Shown: piece after piece, positions 12,450-25,635 of the stretch
Layout of the letters: each line of letters opens with the position of its first letter
How positions within the stretch are numbered: position 1 is the first letter of the stretch
Assembly: GCA_964016885.1 (NCBI GenBank)
Contig: OZ024745.1
Span: 31,868,001 to 31,932,000 of the forward strand
Source: Eledone cirrhosa
Taxonomy: Eukaryota
Direction of reading: 5' to 3'
Length of the DNA: 64,000 nucleotides
Position numbers and translations under genes: made by a program
Notes under the pieces: model-generated
The model's database searches: none
The model's input: only the letters and a program-made list of their open reading frames with translations
What the model was told of the DNA's origin: nothing

Positions 12450-14985
12450 TGTAGTGACCTACATTCCGCGGGCTCACATAATTCTCTGTGCGTGATTTGG
12501 CTCAGTTCAGCCAATCAGCGCCAGTAGAAGAGGATGTATCCCTACGCGCCCTGAGGAAGAAATTCCCCGCGAAGATTTGAAGAATCTCTCTCTTGTACCG
12601 GAAACTTCAAGCCAGCAACACGCATAATGTAACGGTGAGATTTGCACCCTAGCCTCGCCGGCTTAACGGCGCAACGGCACATTCCCTTTTGTAACCTCTT
12701 TGTATCTGTAACTTCAACCATATAAATAAACAAACATTTCATCTCTAATTACTGCTGTTGAAATCGTTGTTATGTTACTCGTGTCTCAATGAAATCTATA
12801 ATCCATGCTGCTGGAATTGGCGACCTGACGAAAGGAATATTGTAAATAGATGGTAAATAGATCGAGGGACCTTCCCTCACGTCTATGTCAACAAGATAAC
12901 CCAACGAGGATACTATCACTTACCACACTGGCAACTAACGACCTTCAATCATCTACCCTGTTAAAGTGGCGACTACTCTATAACCAATAACTGCTAAAGT
13001 GGTGACCGACGTAAGAATTTTACGCAGCCCTTCTTTTTCATTCAGTTGAACTTTTATTGCCACGTTTCCAACCTTTTCGCAACTTACGAAAATAAAAAAT
13101 ATTCCTTTTAAGATTTTTGAAAAATTAGCAGTATTTCAAAAACTTTTCGCCACGAAGAAATTTCAAAATGGCTACCGACAAGTCCTGTCTTCGATCAACA
13201 AAGACAGCAGCAGCAGCGACAACATTGTTTAGCCACTGACCAAAACAGGGAACAGTGAGTGGCAGCTTCATAGCCTTACCGACGCAAACCACCACACATC
13301 GGAAATTTCAAAACGGCTTGTAACTTTACCGACGCAACCACCATACATTCTGTCTCGTTACCACAGGGACTCGAGAATACATCTAATCCCTAACGGCATT
13401 AACAAACTTCTTTTTCAGTTTTCAGATAGAACTAGTGTCTGTACACTGGTGATGTGTGAACTATTTGACTTTGAAAAACTTTGAACTTATTGAGCAATTT
13501 CTCTGCTCCCTTAGATTGACTTTGAATTATCAGTTTGTTACATTCACATATTTCTTTGTAGAATGCCTTTGCTTGTTTTGTGCTCTTTTGCTATTTGTTT
13601 GCTCATGGTTTTTGTTCATTCACATTCTTTGCTGTTTTACATGCCTGCATATGCACACATTTTTTTTATCACACACCAACATGTTCTTGGTATATGTTCT
13701 TCAAACGTAATATTCTGCGAGTCCCTTTTCACCTGGTTGAGATGCTGTCACATGCTAGCAGCTCACAGAGCTTAATCCACTGGATTCAAACAGGCACCGC
13801 AACACGAGAATTCTAATTGCAGCTGAACTCAAACAGCTTCGCATCTCGTTGCACACTGATCGTCCATGACGGCCATCCGTCTTGTTGTTTTTGCCCGACT
13901 CGCTGGGAAGGCAACAAATTGAACTGGACTTGTCAATATTTCAGCCACTTCTGTGGATTCGCCCGAATTATGAAATTTACACTGCAACTCACCTACAGAT
14001 TAAACTTGCCTTTTTTTCTTTACAAAGCAACCAGCCATTTTTTCCTGGCTCCACAGCACATTCGACAATACATCTGGGGGCCATCATTTTCTCGCCAGCA
14101 CTGGTAAACTACCATAATAGCTTCGTTCACAGCTACTGGTACAACGCTTACCATTAACATTTAATGCAAGAACAGCAACTTCGCCCATGTCAGACTTTAT
14201 CTGTTTTCTGGTAGGCCCTTGGGGGTCTCGTTTAAACTACAAAACAGCTAGTCATTTGACAGCGGCTCAACACGGCCCGTCGCGCCTAATTTATTTTTTG
14301 TTCTTGCATGAATCTTTCTGCTCAATTATTTTTTCACTGATGTGCTCTTTCAGCATTTGTTCTTGCTGATTCAATAATATGTGGGTCCTTGGTTTCTTCG
14401 TTATCGATTTTCGGCTGAAAATCTGGTTGGAGGTGATGTAGTGACCTACATTCCGCGGGCTCACATAATTCTCTGTGCGTGATTTGGCTCAGTTCAGCCA
14501 ACCAGCGCCAGTAGAAGAGGATGTATCCCTACGCGCCCTGAGGAAGAAATTCCCCGCGAAGATTTGAAGAATCTCTCTCTTGTACCGGAAACTTCAAGCC
14601 AGCAACACGCATAATGTAACGGTGAGATTTGCACCCTAGCCTCGCCGGCTTAACGGCGCAACGGCACATTCCCTTTTGTAACCTCTTTGTATCTGTAACT
14701 TCAACCATATAAATAAACAAACATTTCATCTCTAATTACTGCTGTTGAAATCGTTGTTATGTTACTCGTGTCTCAATGAAATCTATAATCCATGCTGCTG
14801 GAATTGGCGACCTGACGAAAGGAATATTGTAAATAGATGGTAAATAGATCGAGGGACCTTCCCTCACGTCTATGTCAACAAGATAACCCAACGAGGATAC
14901 TATCACTTACCACACTGGCAACTAACGACCTTCAATCATCTACCCTGTTAAAGTGGCGACTACTCTATAACCAATAACTGCTAAA
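12450..14985 (+). mobile_element. Non-autonomous LTR retroelement (probably Ty3/gypsy-mobilised)
   Basis: Two 549-bp LTRs (12450-12998, 14437-14985); 4-bp TSD ACAT; PBS-like TGGTGACCGACGT after the 5' LTR (resembles tRNA-Trp PBS TGGTGACCCCGACGT); purine-rich TGGAGGTGA before the 3' LTR; no gag/pol ORF. Confidence 0.93.
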
Positions 14986-15057
14986 ACATCATTAATGTTT
15001 TTTAGAAAAGACAGAGTTGTGAAACAAACTTATTTATCCCATAATATAAATGGTTTA

Positions 15058-15206
15058 AGGCGGCGAATTGGCAGAGTCGTTTTTACATCAGATAGAATGC
15101 TTTATAATATTCGTTACGGCTCTCTGAGTTCAAATCCCGCCGAGGTCAACACTGTCTTTCACCCTTTCAAGGTCGATAGTAAAGTACTTGTCAAGTATTG
15201 GGGTCG
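15058..15206 (+). mobile_element. tRNA-derived cephalopod-type SINE, diverged
   Basis: A-box-like TGGCAGAGTCG, B-box GAGTTCAAATCC, conserved GCCGAGGTCAAC...GGTCGATA. Confidence 0.85.
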
Positions 15207-15847
15207 GTTCTTTCTTGATATCTCTTTCTCACTTCCGCTCTCTCACTATCTATCCTTCTTGGAAGAAATCTGCTCTATTCAGACGTGGAGAGCGATTGGC
15301 TCCGCCAGGTTTTAAAATGCCCTAGAAACGCCGTATGTCAATACGGCGCCCCTACAAGAAGCAAGCTTCCGATAAACGTAGACGACAGTCTGTATTTAAT
15401 CACTTGTTAAAGTCAAAGATTTAATTTCCCTGACTAACGAAAATAGGAAAGGTATGATGGTCACAATGTCTAATTTTCCATCCCCTATAAATAGAGGGTC
15501 TTTATGTTTAACGCAGAAGAAACCAATATTCCATAATGAGGTTTATTTAGCCGTTGGTTATGGTCGTTATTTTTCTAATAAAGGAATTAAAACCCTTTCG
15601 TACAGTTTTTCATATTTTGAAAATAGCAATTTAAAGTATCGATGGTTAACTTGGAATCAAACAATAAACACATGTTTAGAGCTAAATACAGTCTCAGTCT
15701 AAGTTGGATTAGTGCTCCTGCTTCCCTTAGCATATCCTGAACTATGACATCTGATTCAAGTACTGACTATTCTGAGACAACTAAACATTAGAACTTAGAC
15801 CCTTCAGCGATTCACTCCTAGTGCTATGATAAAGTTATTATAAATAA

Positions 15848-16884
15848 CTAACTGAATTACCCTGTGTTGCCCGGGTTACTGCTGTTCTTATTCAGATTAG
15901 TAAACAATAAATATGAAGATATGTTTTTTTTTTCTCATAATTATTTCAAAATATCTCTATTTTATGAAAAAAGTATCAAAATTGTAATGATAATAGTATT
16001 TAGAAATGAAAATCTGTCAATCTCGAAGCACATTAGAATAAACAATATTTATTGTGTAATTTTTTGTTGGTGTCCAAATGAATAAATTGTTGCTACACAC
16101 TCTCACATATGCACTCACATATATATATATACCAAGACAGACACACACAGACATACATTCACGCAGACACTCGCATAGCTTTTCACCTCATTTTTTTGTC
16201 AGTTGCCACATATGTATATGTATGTGTAGATGTGTGTGTGTGCATTTAATAATGTACCTAATGAACGCGCGCACACACACTCACAGACAAATACATATTC
16301 ATTTACAAAATGTAACGTCGTTGTTGTTTTCTATTGTTTTAATCCGAATGAAAATAAAAATTATCATACATACACTCTCACATACACTCACACACACACG
16401 CACTCTCACATACATATACTAAGATAAACACACAGACATACATTCACGTACACCTATTACATGTCTGTCATCACATATGTATCTGTATGTGTAGATGTGT
16501 GTGTATGTTTGTCTGTCTGTGAAAATAATGTGTATGCAACTTACTAAGGCTATATGTATGTGTAGATGTGTGTGTGTTTAATTCTCTGAGGCCTAATGTA
16601 CGTAACGAACTCGCAAACACACACACATACACACACATCCACACTCATATACAAAATGTGACGTGGTTGTCGTTGTCGTCGTGGTTTACTATAGTTGACT
16701 TTGACTATAGAAATATTATTTTAGATAAAATGTATTTTAATCCAAATGAAAATAAAAATTACATGTTGATATTCCCGGGGTCGAATACTATTAGCTTGTA
16801 AAATTTGATTTGATTTGGTCCAGCCGTTTGAGAATGCATAGGAACAGACAGACAGAGAAACAAAGAATTTTATATAGAGAGAGA
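15848..16884 (-). mobile_element. Non-autonomous Helitron
   Basis: Degenerate CTAG plus hairpin (CCCTGTGTTGCCCGGG) at the left; (ACAG)n...TTTTATATAGAGAGAGA|T (5' TC on the minus strand) at the right; internal diverged duplication. Confidence 0.7.
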
Positions 16885-17127
16885 TGATTTGTTCATGCGC
16901 GGAAATGATATAAAATAGCTTATAAAATAGAAACTATTTTATATCATTTCCACACATGAGCACATCATTCTTTATCTTCTCAGCGTTTTGTAAAAGTCCG
17001 CGGAATTGGCTACGTATAGACATTGTTTGTTAACATATGATGTTTGTTGGCATATGAAAGCTGTGATTCAGCTATCTAATTTAAGTTGGGAAGAGTTGTC
17101 ATGGTCCCTCGGTTAAATGGTCTAAAG

Positions 17128-19799
17128 CACAGGTTCTCAACCCATTTAGGCCAAACGCCCCCTTTTGTCCCTTGAAATCACGAAACGCCCCCCCCCCCCC
17201 CCCCCCCCCCATATTTTTCCATTTTTCAATATACTACTGATTTTGATATCAGTAGATTACTAAAAAAATTGATTAACAATATTCCAAAGATACCATTGCA
17301 GGCAGCTGAGAGTATAAATATATTCCTTGAAAGGAAATATATAAATTTCAAAAATAAATGTTTTTTTTTTATGAATAAGAACCAGTTGAATTTGTTATAT
17401 TCCCACCAGGTGATACCAGCTATTTTGAACATTTATACAAGAGCAACTCTGTCTATCCCAAGAGTGCTCTTATCTGGAAGAAAGTGGCAATTATATCATT
17501 TCAAAGCTTTCCAATTTTCCCTTTAATGAAACGGACAGAATAAATGTTGATATCTAACTTGATGTCCCCTCTGTTTTATGAGCTTAGAGACCACGGAAAA
17601 GGGTTTTCATGACCACGCGGGAGGGTATATTTATTAGTAAATGGTAAATATATATACAACAAATTAGTAAGTGAATTGTAGTATATGGTTTCCAGTCCAG
17701 TCAGACTGCAACTACAAATAAAAAAATTGTTAGTTTGCTTTGTAACAATAGCATATCCAAGTTTTCGGATAAATCAACTTACTTTAACTTTGACCTCATT
17801 TCAATGGGACCCTTTAGCTTCATGGAGTCTAGCTAACTCTTTGACGTCAGGCTGAATTTTCCTAAGATGGAGCCAGAGATCTCCACGTGTAATTACATTG
17901 TAGCGGTTGCGAGACTTACTGTGCAGTCTGGAAACAGCACCAAACCTCCTCTCGACTAAATATGAGCTTGGAAAAGGCTGAGCAAATCTCTTAGTCTCTG
18001 CATGTAGGTGTGGAAATCAACGCTGAATTTCCTCTTGCATCCCCAAAAGGGGTTCACCTATTTTGGGAAATCTAATTTTGATCATGTCATCTGCTTGAAG
18101 TTCAATGAATTCTTCCTGAAATTTAACGTCCAAATTGTCGATGTTAGCTATGAAGGGATCTGCTATCCACATTGGGATGTCCATCGGCAAAAGGTCGACA
18201 AACCGTTCTCTCATGTTGTCTTGTAGCGCGCGGAGGTGAGTGGTATAAATTTGAAGTTGGTCATCGCTTACAATATTTTGAGCATTGGCGACACTAGAAA
18301 AATTATAGAATTCCCGTCAACAAAGATTCCTTTCGATGACATTCAATTTGGCCAGGAATATTTTCACAGCATTCCTTGCTTTAAGCAAGGTGATCTTCTT
18401 CCCCTGCAAAGCCAAAATGACGCTATTGCATTTGTTGAAGATGTTGGTGAGGTAGGCGCAGTCTTGCCTCACATCGATGGTTTTCTTGTACAGTTCTGTG
18501 TTGCATCCTCGCAGAAACTCAATGATAGAGTCGAAGAGTTCAAAGAAGTGAGTAAAGCACTTGCCCTTTGAAAGCCACCTCACTTCAGCATGAAGGAGCA
18601 ACTTGACGAATTCTTCGCCATTATCTTGGCACAGTTGCTGGAAAATTCGTTCATTGAGAGAATGCCGTTTGATAAAATTGATGACATCAATGGCCACCTG
18701 TAAGGACTTGCTCAGCGGCTTGCTGAATTTCTTCGCAGCCAAGTGTTGTCGATGAATGACACAATGAACAGCAAATACAGATAGATTTTTCTCTCTTCAG
18801 AAGAGTGACGAAACCCTTATGTTGGCCGACCATTGCTCTTGCGCCGCCCGTAGCACATGATATAATGTGTGTTATATGTGGTCCTAGATGTATGTATTAC
18901 CTGCCTGTGTGTTGTATGCAGTCCTAGATGTATGTATTACCTGCTTATGTATTGCATGTGGTCCCAGCTGTATGTATTACCTGCTTGTGTGTTGTATGTG
19001 GTCCTAGATGTGTGTATTACCTGCCTATGTGTTGTAGGTGGTCCTAGATGTATGCATTACCTGATTATGTGTTGTATGCGGTCCTAGATGTATGTATTAG
19101 CTGATTATGTGCTGTATGTGGTCCTAGATGTTTGTATTACCTGCCTATGTGTTGTATGTGGTCCTAGATGTATGTATTACCTGCCTGTGTGTTGTATGTG
19201 GTCCTAGATGTCTGTGCTACCTCCTTATGTGTTGCATGTGGTCCTAGATGTGTGTATTACCTGCTTATGTGTTGTATGTGGTCCTAGATGTGTGTATTAT
19301 CTGATTATGTGTTGTATGTGGTCCTACATGTGTGTGCTACCCGCTTCTGTGTTTTTTCTTTTCTTTTTTTATTTGTAATATTATTTATACATTAGGGAAT
19401 AAAATAGATCTACATAGTGTTAACTCATTACGGTTGAGTGAATAATTTCAGACATGAAATACATTGTATCGGTGAAGGAAAGATAAGATTCTAACTGGCT
19501 GCGCTCAAAGTGTCCTTGACCCAGTTGACAGTGGGCTTTTCCATTTTTAGGATCTCAATTGCCAGTTAATGTCTAGATACGCCTGCACACCTGCTCACAC
19601 CTGCGGTCAGACCATAGTTATGCTGTCTGCATGCTCATTCAAATGCATTCACACTGGCTGTCTCAAAGACATACAAATATCGCTTATAAAACTTACCAAA
19701 GTAAAGAGCCTTCCAGCCCCCCTCCCCCAGCTCCAAACGCCCCCCTGGTGTCCTGAAACGCCCCCTGGGGGTGCATATGCCCCCCGTTGAGAACCTTTG
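17128..19799 (-). mobile_element. hAT (Buster-type) DNA transposon with a decayed transposase
   Basis: TIRs CACAGGTTCTCAAC / GTTGAGAACCTTTG; 8-bp TSD GTCTAAAG (17120-17127, 19800-19807); transposase fragments 17800-18860 (LLLHAEVRWLSKG, WIADPF). Confidence 0.93.
18865..19350. repeat. 40-bp tandem repeat (~12 copies) inside the hAT element
   Basis: Unit GTGTTGTATGTGGTCCTAGATGTATGTATTACCTGCTTAT. Confidence 0.93.
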
Positions 19800-20744
19800 G
19801 TCTAAAGCACCTAGCCGGTATCTAGGAGATATGGGGTTCAATTCCTCATAATGACCAATGGCAACTTCTTTTTCCAAAAGAACTTTTATTCTATTTTATA
19901 AGCTATTTTATAGCATCTCTGCTCTCATGAACACGTCCCTCTTTACATTAACTTTATCTTTTCAGCGTTTTGTAAAAGTTCAAGAGATTGTCTACATATT
20001 GTGTGTGTGTGTGTGTGTGTTCGCGCGCGTGTGTGTGTAGTATTATATACAAGTTAAATATGATATAAAAAAACGTGACAGTACCGTCAACGGGAATCGA
20101 ACAATGCACCTCCTGTATACCAGACAACCGCTCAGAAACACTATGTTAAGACGATCAACAGGCTTTAACATCAACTTTAGTATTTATAAATGAAATACTG
20201 GATAAATTTGCAAAGTTATATCCCATAACGAGCAACAGAACGGAAGCAATCACCCAACTACTGTTATATTTAGCTTGTATCTTTTATCATAAAAATCTTA
20301 ACCGTTATATTATATTATTTTTAATATGTCACCTTTGATGTCACCTCAGTCAACATACTATAGTGGTTCTGAGCAGTTGTCTGGTACATGGCAGACATAT
20401 TGTTCGATTACAGACCTGTCAATTCTCACCGTCGGACGAGATCTCCACCCACTTTGGGATGGGTGAGAGATGTATTCTCTTGTGAAAATGGGTATAGCTT
20501 TCATTATGTAAAATCTCCCCATTTTGCCTCATTTCTCCCTGTTTTGTGGCCCTATTTTCATGGTATCCCGTGAGTTTTTAGAGGTTGGGAGGTCCGCGAC
20601 AGACAGCATTGGAGTGAATCATTGGCTTGTAGTATGTGTATATGTTTGTATGTATGTATATGTATATACTATGTATATACACATGTATATACACATGTAT
20701 ATATGTATGTATATGTATATGCATGTGTGCATGTGTATGTATAT

Positions 20745-21095
20745 GCGCGGGGACATAGAAATAGTCGGGCTGGATACCCGATCGCGCGGTTAAACCACTG
20801 GGAGTGAAGGGCCTCTAGCCTTTGTCAGGGCATTCTTCTAGGAGAAGGCAACTCAGGAAACTGGGATAACTCCGACATAAAACCTGCGGTTCTGTAGTTA
20901 CTGATGATGTTGATCTTTTCTTCTTTTCGGGTTATAGCTACTGTTGCTCAGAGAGTGGGATTGGCTCAGTGCACAGTCTTTCCTCACTTTAAAAATAATC
21001 TTCACGCACAGGCATTGCGCGATAGCATTAATTAATAATTGTTAATAATGTTATATTGTGCAATGTCCATACTCGATAACGAGGGGGCAGCCATA
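20745..21095 (+). mobile_element. Non-autonomous RTE-related short element, diverged
   Basis: Similar to the reverse complement of 55450-55850 (AGCCTTTGTCA...TTCTAGGAGAA...AACTC; GAGAGTGGGA.TGGCT; GGCAGCCA end). Confidence 0.55.
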
Positions 21096-21103
21096 TGTAT
21101 ATA

Positions 21104-21355
21104 CTAGCTGAGCTACCCGGTGATTCCCGGGTATTTTATTAAAGTTACAATATTTGACAATTGAAATATGATTTCTGCAGTGTAAAAATTTTAATTAACC
21201 CAGGCCTGGGTTAATTAAAATTTTTACATTGCAGCTTTCACCAACTTTTACCTCTATGGCAGTAGGATCTTGTTTGAGGGAGAATTGTTTTCTATTTCAT
21301 TTAGGTACACCAACAGTTATAGTGGCTTCCATGACTACATGCATACACCCACATG

Positions 21356-21396
<41 letters not shown>

Positions 21397-22515
21397 CTGT
21401 TCGCTGTGATTTGAAATGGATTTTGCTAATATTTCTAGTAGATCGAGGTGTCACATACAACATTTTATTTTTTGCTTCATATATATATATACATGAGACA
21501 GTAGACTGGGATTTGAAAGAAATGTGGCTGCTATTTCTAACAGGTCTTGCTTGCTACCATAAAAAGATATCACTTATAATACTGTACATAGCAGAGGTAC
21601 CCAGGAATGTCTGTATGTTCTTCCAAAGTAACACTATGCAGTAAAGTTGCAAGTTCAGAATTCCTTACAAACTATATGACTAAGGAATTAGTATCTATTG
21701 TCATTGAAGGAGGAATTACGATATTGCTCATCCCAAAGCCTCTGGATAAACAACATTCTTGGTTTTACCCTGTGGTGCCACAATGATGAGATAATCGGGG
21801 TTTCCAACCCTTGTACCAATATAGAGTTGACCATGTGAAAAGACAGGATCTGCCAGGTTCAACCCAACGACTTTCAATGATTGCCCTTAAGATTTATTGA
21901 TGGTCATGGTAAAGCTGAGTCTGATAGGAAATTGAACTATTTGAAATTCAAATAGTAAACCCGTTGTCTTCAGAGGTATTCTGGTAATGAAACAATTGTC
22001 ACCAGCAAATTTTCCTGACATGGGTGCAACTTCTAGCAGGTGGTGCTTGTGTCAACTGATGAGCAGTGGTCTCAGTGAAATACACTCTCTGTCCATTTTC
22101 TAGGTGGACTGCGAGGTTGACCACTGTTGGATGGTGTTGGTGGATATCAAATCCAAAGATCCGCCAGATAGATTCATTGCTGGAGATGTATCAACCTGTC
22201 TGATACTGTTTGACCTCAACCAGCCCACCATCATTGAATTCCTTGCCAGTAACAAAGGTAGCCATGTCACTGCCCTTGTTGATATATTTTGTGATATTGC
22301 TTTGAAAGAGCTGCAATACCCAACATTGATGTGAGCTCTTAGAAGTTGACTGGAATCATATGATTCCAGTTCCTCAGGGGAATAACAACACAACCAGGAG
22401 CTGGACATATCGATGTATTGACGGAGTAAAACATACTTCAACAACATGTGTACCTGTCTTTCCCACACCAATTCGGACTATCTGAAGAGGTCACAGCCAA
22501 TGATGGCTGTCACCG
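21104..22515 (-). mobile_element. Internally deleted Helitron with RepHel relics
   Basis: Minus strand 21729-22020 reads [43 protein letters not shown]...KTKNVVYPEALG* (PIF1-type helicase C-terminus); 22070-22350 gives AHINVGYC...ISSNESIWRIFGF...LAVHLENGQ; 3' hairpin CCCGGGAATCACCGGG then CTAG|T at 21104. Confidence 0.9.
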
Positions 22516-23449
22516 AAATATATATAGCAGTATATCTATAGTTTATAATAAACGAAGCCAAATTTTACATATTTGACTTAATTATTTTACATTACTCCGG
22601 AGTAAACAAACCAACCTGCGCACTTCGTCGAGTGCTCCAATCTGCATACTGAGGTGTCGGTAAACAACCAACATATACTCAAAATTTATATATATATTAA
22701 GCAAAAAGGATATTCAATTTGTTGAATCTGTCATTTGTGTATCGAGGAAATTTTTTATATAATTAACTCTCAAAACTCTATTAATCTTAAAACAGAATTA
22801 TTTTCTAGTTGCAGACATCGCCAAAATTCCACTTTCAGAAGTATTTTTAATTTATGATATTCATTACACTTGACTATATCTTATACACCTTTAAAATGAA
22901 CCTATTATTTACTGAGTATTTCTTTAAAAATTTAAAATATTTTAAAATGATCTTCCTTCTTAATTTTAATATTTTTACCATTTGACATTCTTTTCCTAAT
23001 GATACTCTTCTGAATCTATTTTTTTAGATGTAGATTGATTAGCTTTAATTGACATTCTGCAAGATATCCTCTTTACGATAGTTCTTCGAAATATATAATA
23101 CTTTTTTCCTCTTTTTGATCTTCAAACTTTTCACACATCTTTCGACTAAAATAATATATAATAGAAACTCTCATCCTTGAAAAAATTAATCTCACACAAA
23201 ATAATATATAATTTTCTGTACATACTTTCTGAGTAAATCATTCAAATTTAACGGTTAGCAAATAAGATTAAAGTGATCTTTTCCTTTGAGCAAACATAAT
23301 CATTATAACATGTATGATAAACTATATAACTTCGCTAAATTAACAATATTCTGAAAACATTTTCAATGTTGGAACAAAATATTTGAATCTACAAATTGTT
23401 CTCCTCTTACAACTTTGCAAAAATGAGGACACACACAGAGACAACAACA

Positions 23450-23540
<91 letters not shown>

Positions 23541-23879
23541 GCGAGCTGTGTTGTTGCATATAGGATATATATAATAAATGAAGAATTAGAAATAGAAGCC
23601 AGGAATATCCGTTATCAGTGGTCTACTAGCCATCATAGGTATTTCTTCGCATTACAGACCATATACCTCAAGCCAGGGCGATACAATAACTAAATTAAGT
23701 TATTGGGATAAAAAGAGTTGGGTGGAGAAAGAGAGACAGGTAAACAAACACGAATGGTGAGGCAGCGCGATGAGAGGAAAAAATGAGAAAATCAAGTCAA
23801 TAATTCATTTTGAACATAAGAACTTGCGAATATTGACATACATATATACATACATTCATACATATATATATATACATAC

Positions 23880-23917
<38 letters not shown>

Positions 23918-23936
23918 GGAGAGAGAGAGAGAGAGA

Positions 23937-25635
23937 GAATAAGGAAAAGCGAAGTAGTTTCAGATGTTCAAGTCTTTTAATAATAATGCTGTGATATATA
24001 TTTCAATGGCGACACTGGCCACACTGTTCTGTGTGCCAGTGTCGCGACATCGTCAGACAGCTTGTTACATAATAAGGTTATGTTTCCGAGGCAATCCAAA
24101 TTGAATCGACATGGGAACGGACGAAGTGTGTGCTTTTGGGTTCTTCATCCCTTCCCATGTGAGTACCAATTCACCCCCACCGGTCTGCGCAGGCGCATGT
24201 CCGAAGGAAGTTGACCATTAGCTACCGCAGATTTCAACGAAATTCGCTTGGTCAGTTCCCCCTCTCAGCCAAACAATGACCCATTTAGGCCTGTACCATA
24301 GTTTACTGCTACCCATCTCGTCTGTGGCAGTCAGCCGAAAGCCAGAGGGGATGGGAGAGTGTTAGTATTTAGAGGTCCCAATATTACCTCCCACCAAGCA
24401 TGGACAGTACAACTGACCATCAACCCCTAAGAGAAAATATACTTAATTCTAGGTATCATGGTTTTACATTGGAAGTTATGAGTGAGAGTTGGAAATAAAA
24501 ATTAAAATTTAAAATCGAAAATCCTAAATCAAATATCAGAAATTATAAATTAAAAAATTAAAAAATTAACAATTAGAAATTAAAAAAAATTTTCAAGTGA
24601 GAATCCGGATTAAGGTGAGTAAAAAATCATATAGATTGAAGTGAGTAAATAATACAGAGATGTTTAAGTAAGAAGTTCTGAAAGGGGCACTAATGTCACA
24701 GTTACACTATCCACATATTGAACGAGAGTGCCGTACATTAGAACGGTGGGTAAATTACAGTATTAAAGGCAGTAGTCAATCTAGTACATAGCCATAATTT
24801 CCATCACATGGAACAAAACAAAAAAAAACAAAACATATAAAGTACACAAAAGAAAAGAACCAATAATGAATAAATGCAAAAACACAGAGTACATATATGC
24901 AAAATGATCCATATGATTGTCAATTTGTCCATGTATAGATTGAATTGACATTAGTGCCCCTTTCAGAACTTCTTACTTAAACATCTCTCTGCATATTATT
25001 TACTCACTTCAATCTATATGTTTTTTACTCACCTCAATCCGGATTCTCACTTGAAAAAATTTTTAAATTTCTAATTGTTAATTTTTTAATTTATAACTTC
25101 CAATGTAAAACCATGATACCTAGAATTAAGTATATTTTCTCTTAGGGGTTGATGGTCAGTTGTACTGTCCATGCTTGGTGGGAGGTAATATTGGGACCTC
25201 TAAATACTAACACTCTCCTATCCCCTCTGGCTTTCGGCTGACTGCCACAGACGAGATGGGTAGCAGTAAACTATGGTACAGGCCTAAATGGGTCATTGTT
25301 TGGCTGAGAGGGGGAACTGACCAAGCGAATTTCGTTGAAATCTGCGGTAACTAATGGTCAACTTCCTTCGGACATGCGCCTGCGCAGACCGGTGGGGGTG
25401 AATTGGTACTCACAGGGGAAGGGATGAAGAACCCAAAAGCACACACTTCGTCCGTTCCCATGTCGATTCAATTTGGATTGCCTCGGAAACATAACCTTAT
25501 TATGTAACAAGCTGTCTGACGATGTCGCGACACTGGCACACAGAACAGTGTGGCCAGTGTCGCCATTGAAATATATATCACAGCATTATTATTAAAAGAC
25601 TTGAACATCTGAAACTACTTCGCTTTTCCTTATTC
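23937..25635. repeat. Long inverted repeat (arms 23937-24698 and 24946-25635), probable PLE pseudo-LTR pair
   Basis: Arms are near-identical reverse complements apart from a ~65-bp indel; each carries a hammerhead motif. Confidence 0.9.
25511..25584 (+). ncRNA. Type I hammerhead ribozyme motif (mirror copy on the minus strand at ~23988-24061)
   Basis: GCTGT-CTGACGA-[TGTCGCGACACTGGC...GCCAGTGTCGCCATT]-GAAA-TATATA-TC-ACAGC: stem I GCTGT/ACAGC, long stem II, palindromic minimal stem III, AUC triplet. Confidence 0.85.

Larger units (their letters stand above)
17103..19857 (+). pseudogene. tRNA-like sequence (GGT anticodon) split by a hAT insertion (17103-17127 joined to 19808-19857)
   Basis: Removing the hAT and one TSD gives GGTCCCTCGGTTAAATGGTCTAAAGCA-CCTAG-CCGGTAT-CTAGG-AGATATGGGGTTCAATTCCTCATAATGACCA. 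Confidence 0.55.

Noticed and set aside
12542-14729. Identical 66-aa ORF occurring twice
   Set aside because: Lies within the two LTRs; no coding evidence
17103-20422. Functional tRNA genes
   Set aside because: Mismatched acceptor stems, one is interrupted by a hAT, and the anticodon is atypical; treated as pseudogenes or repeats
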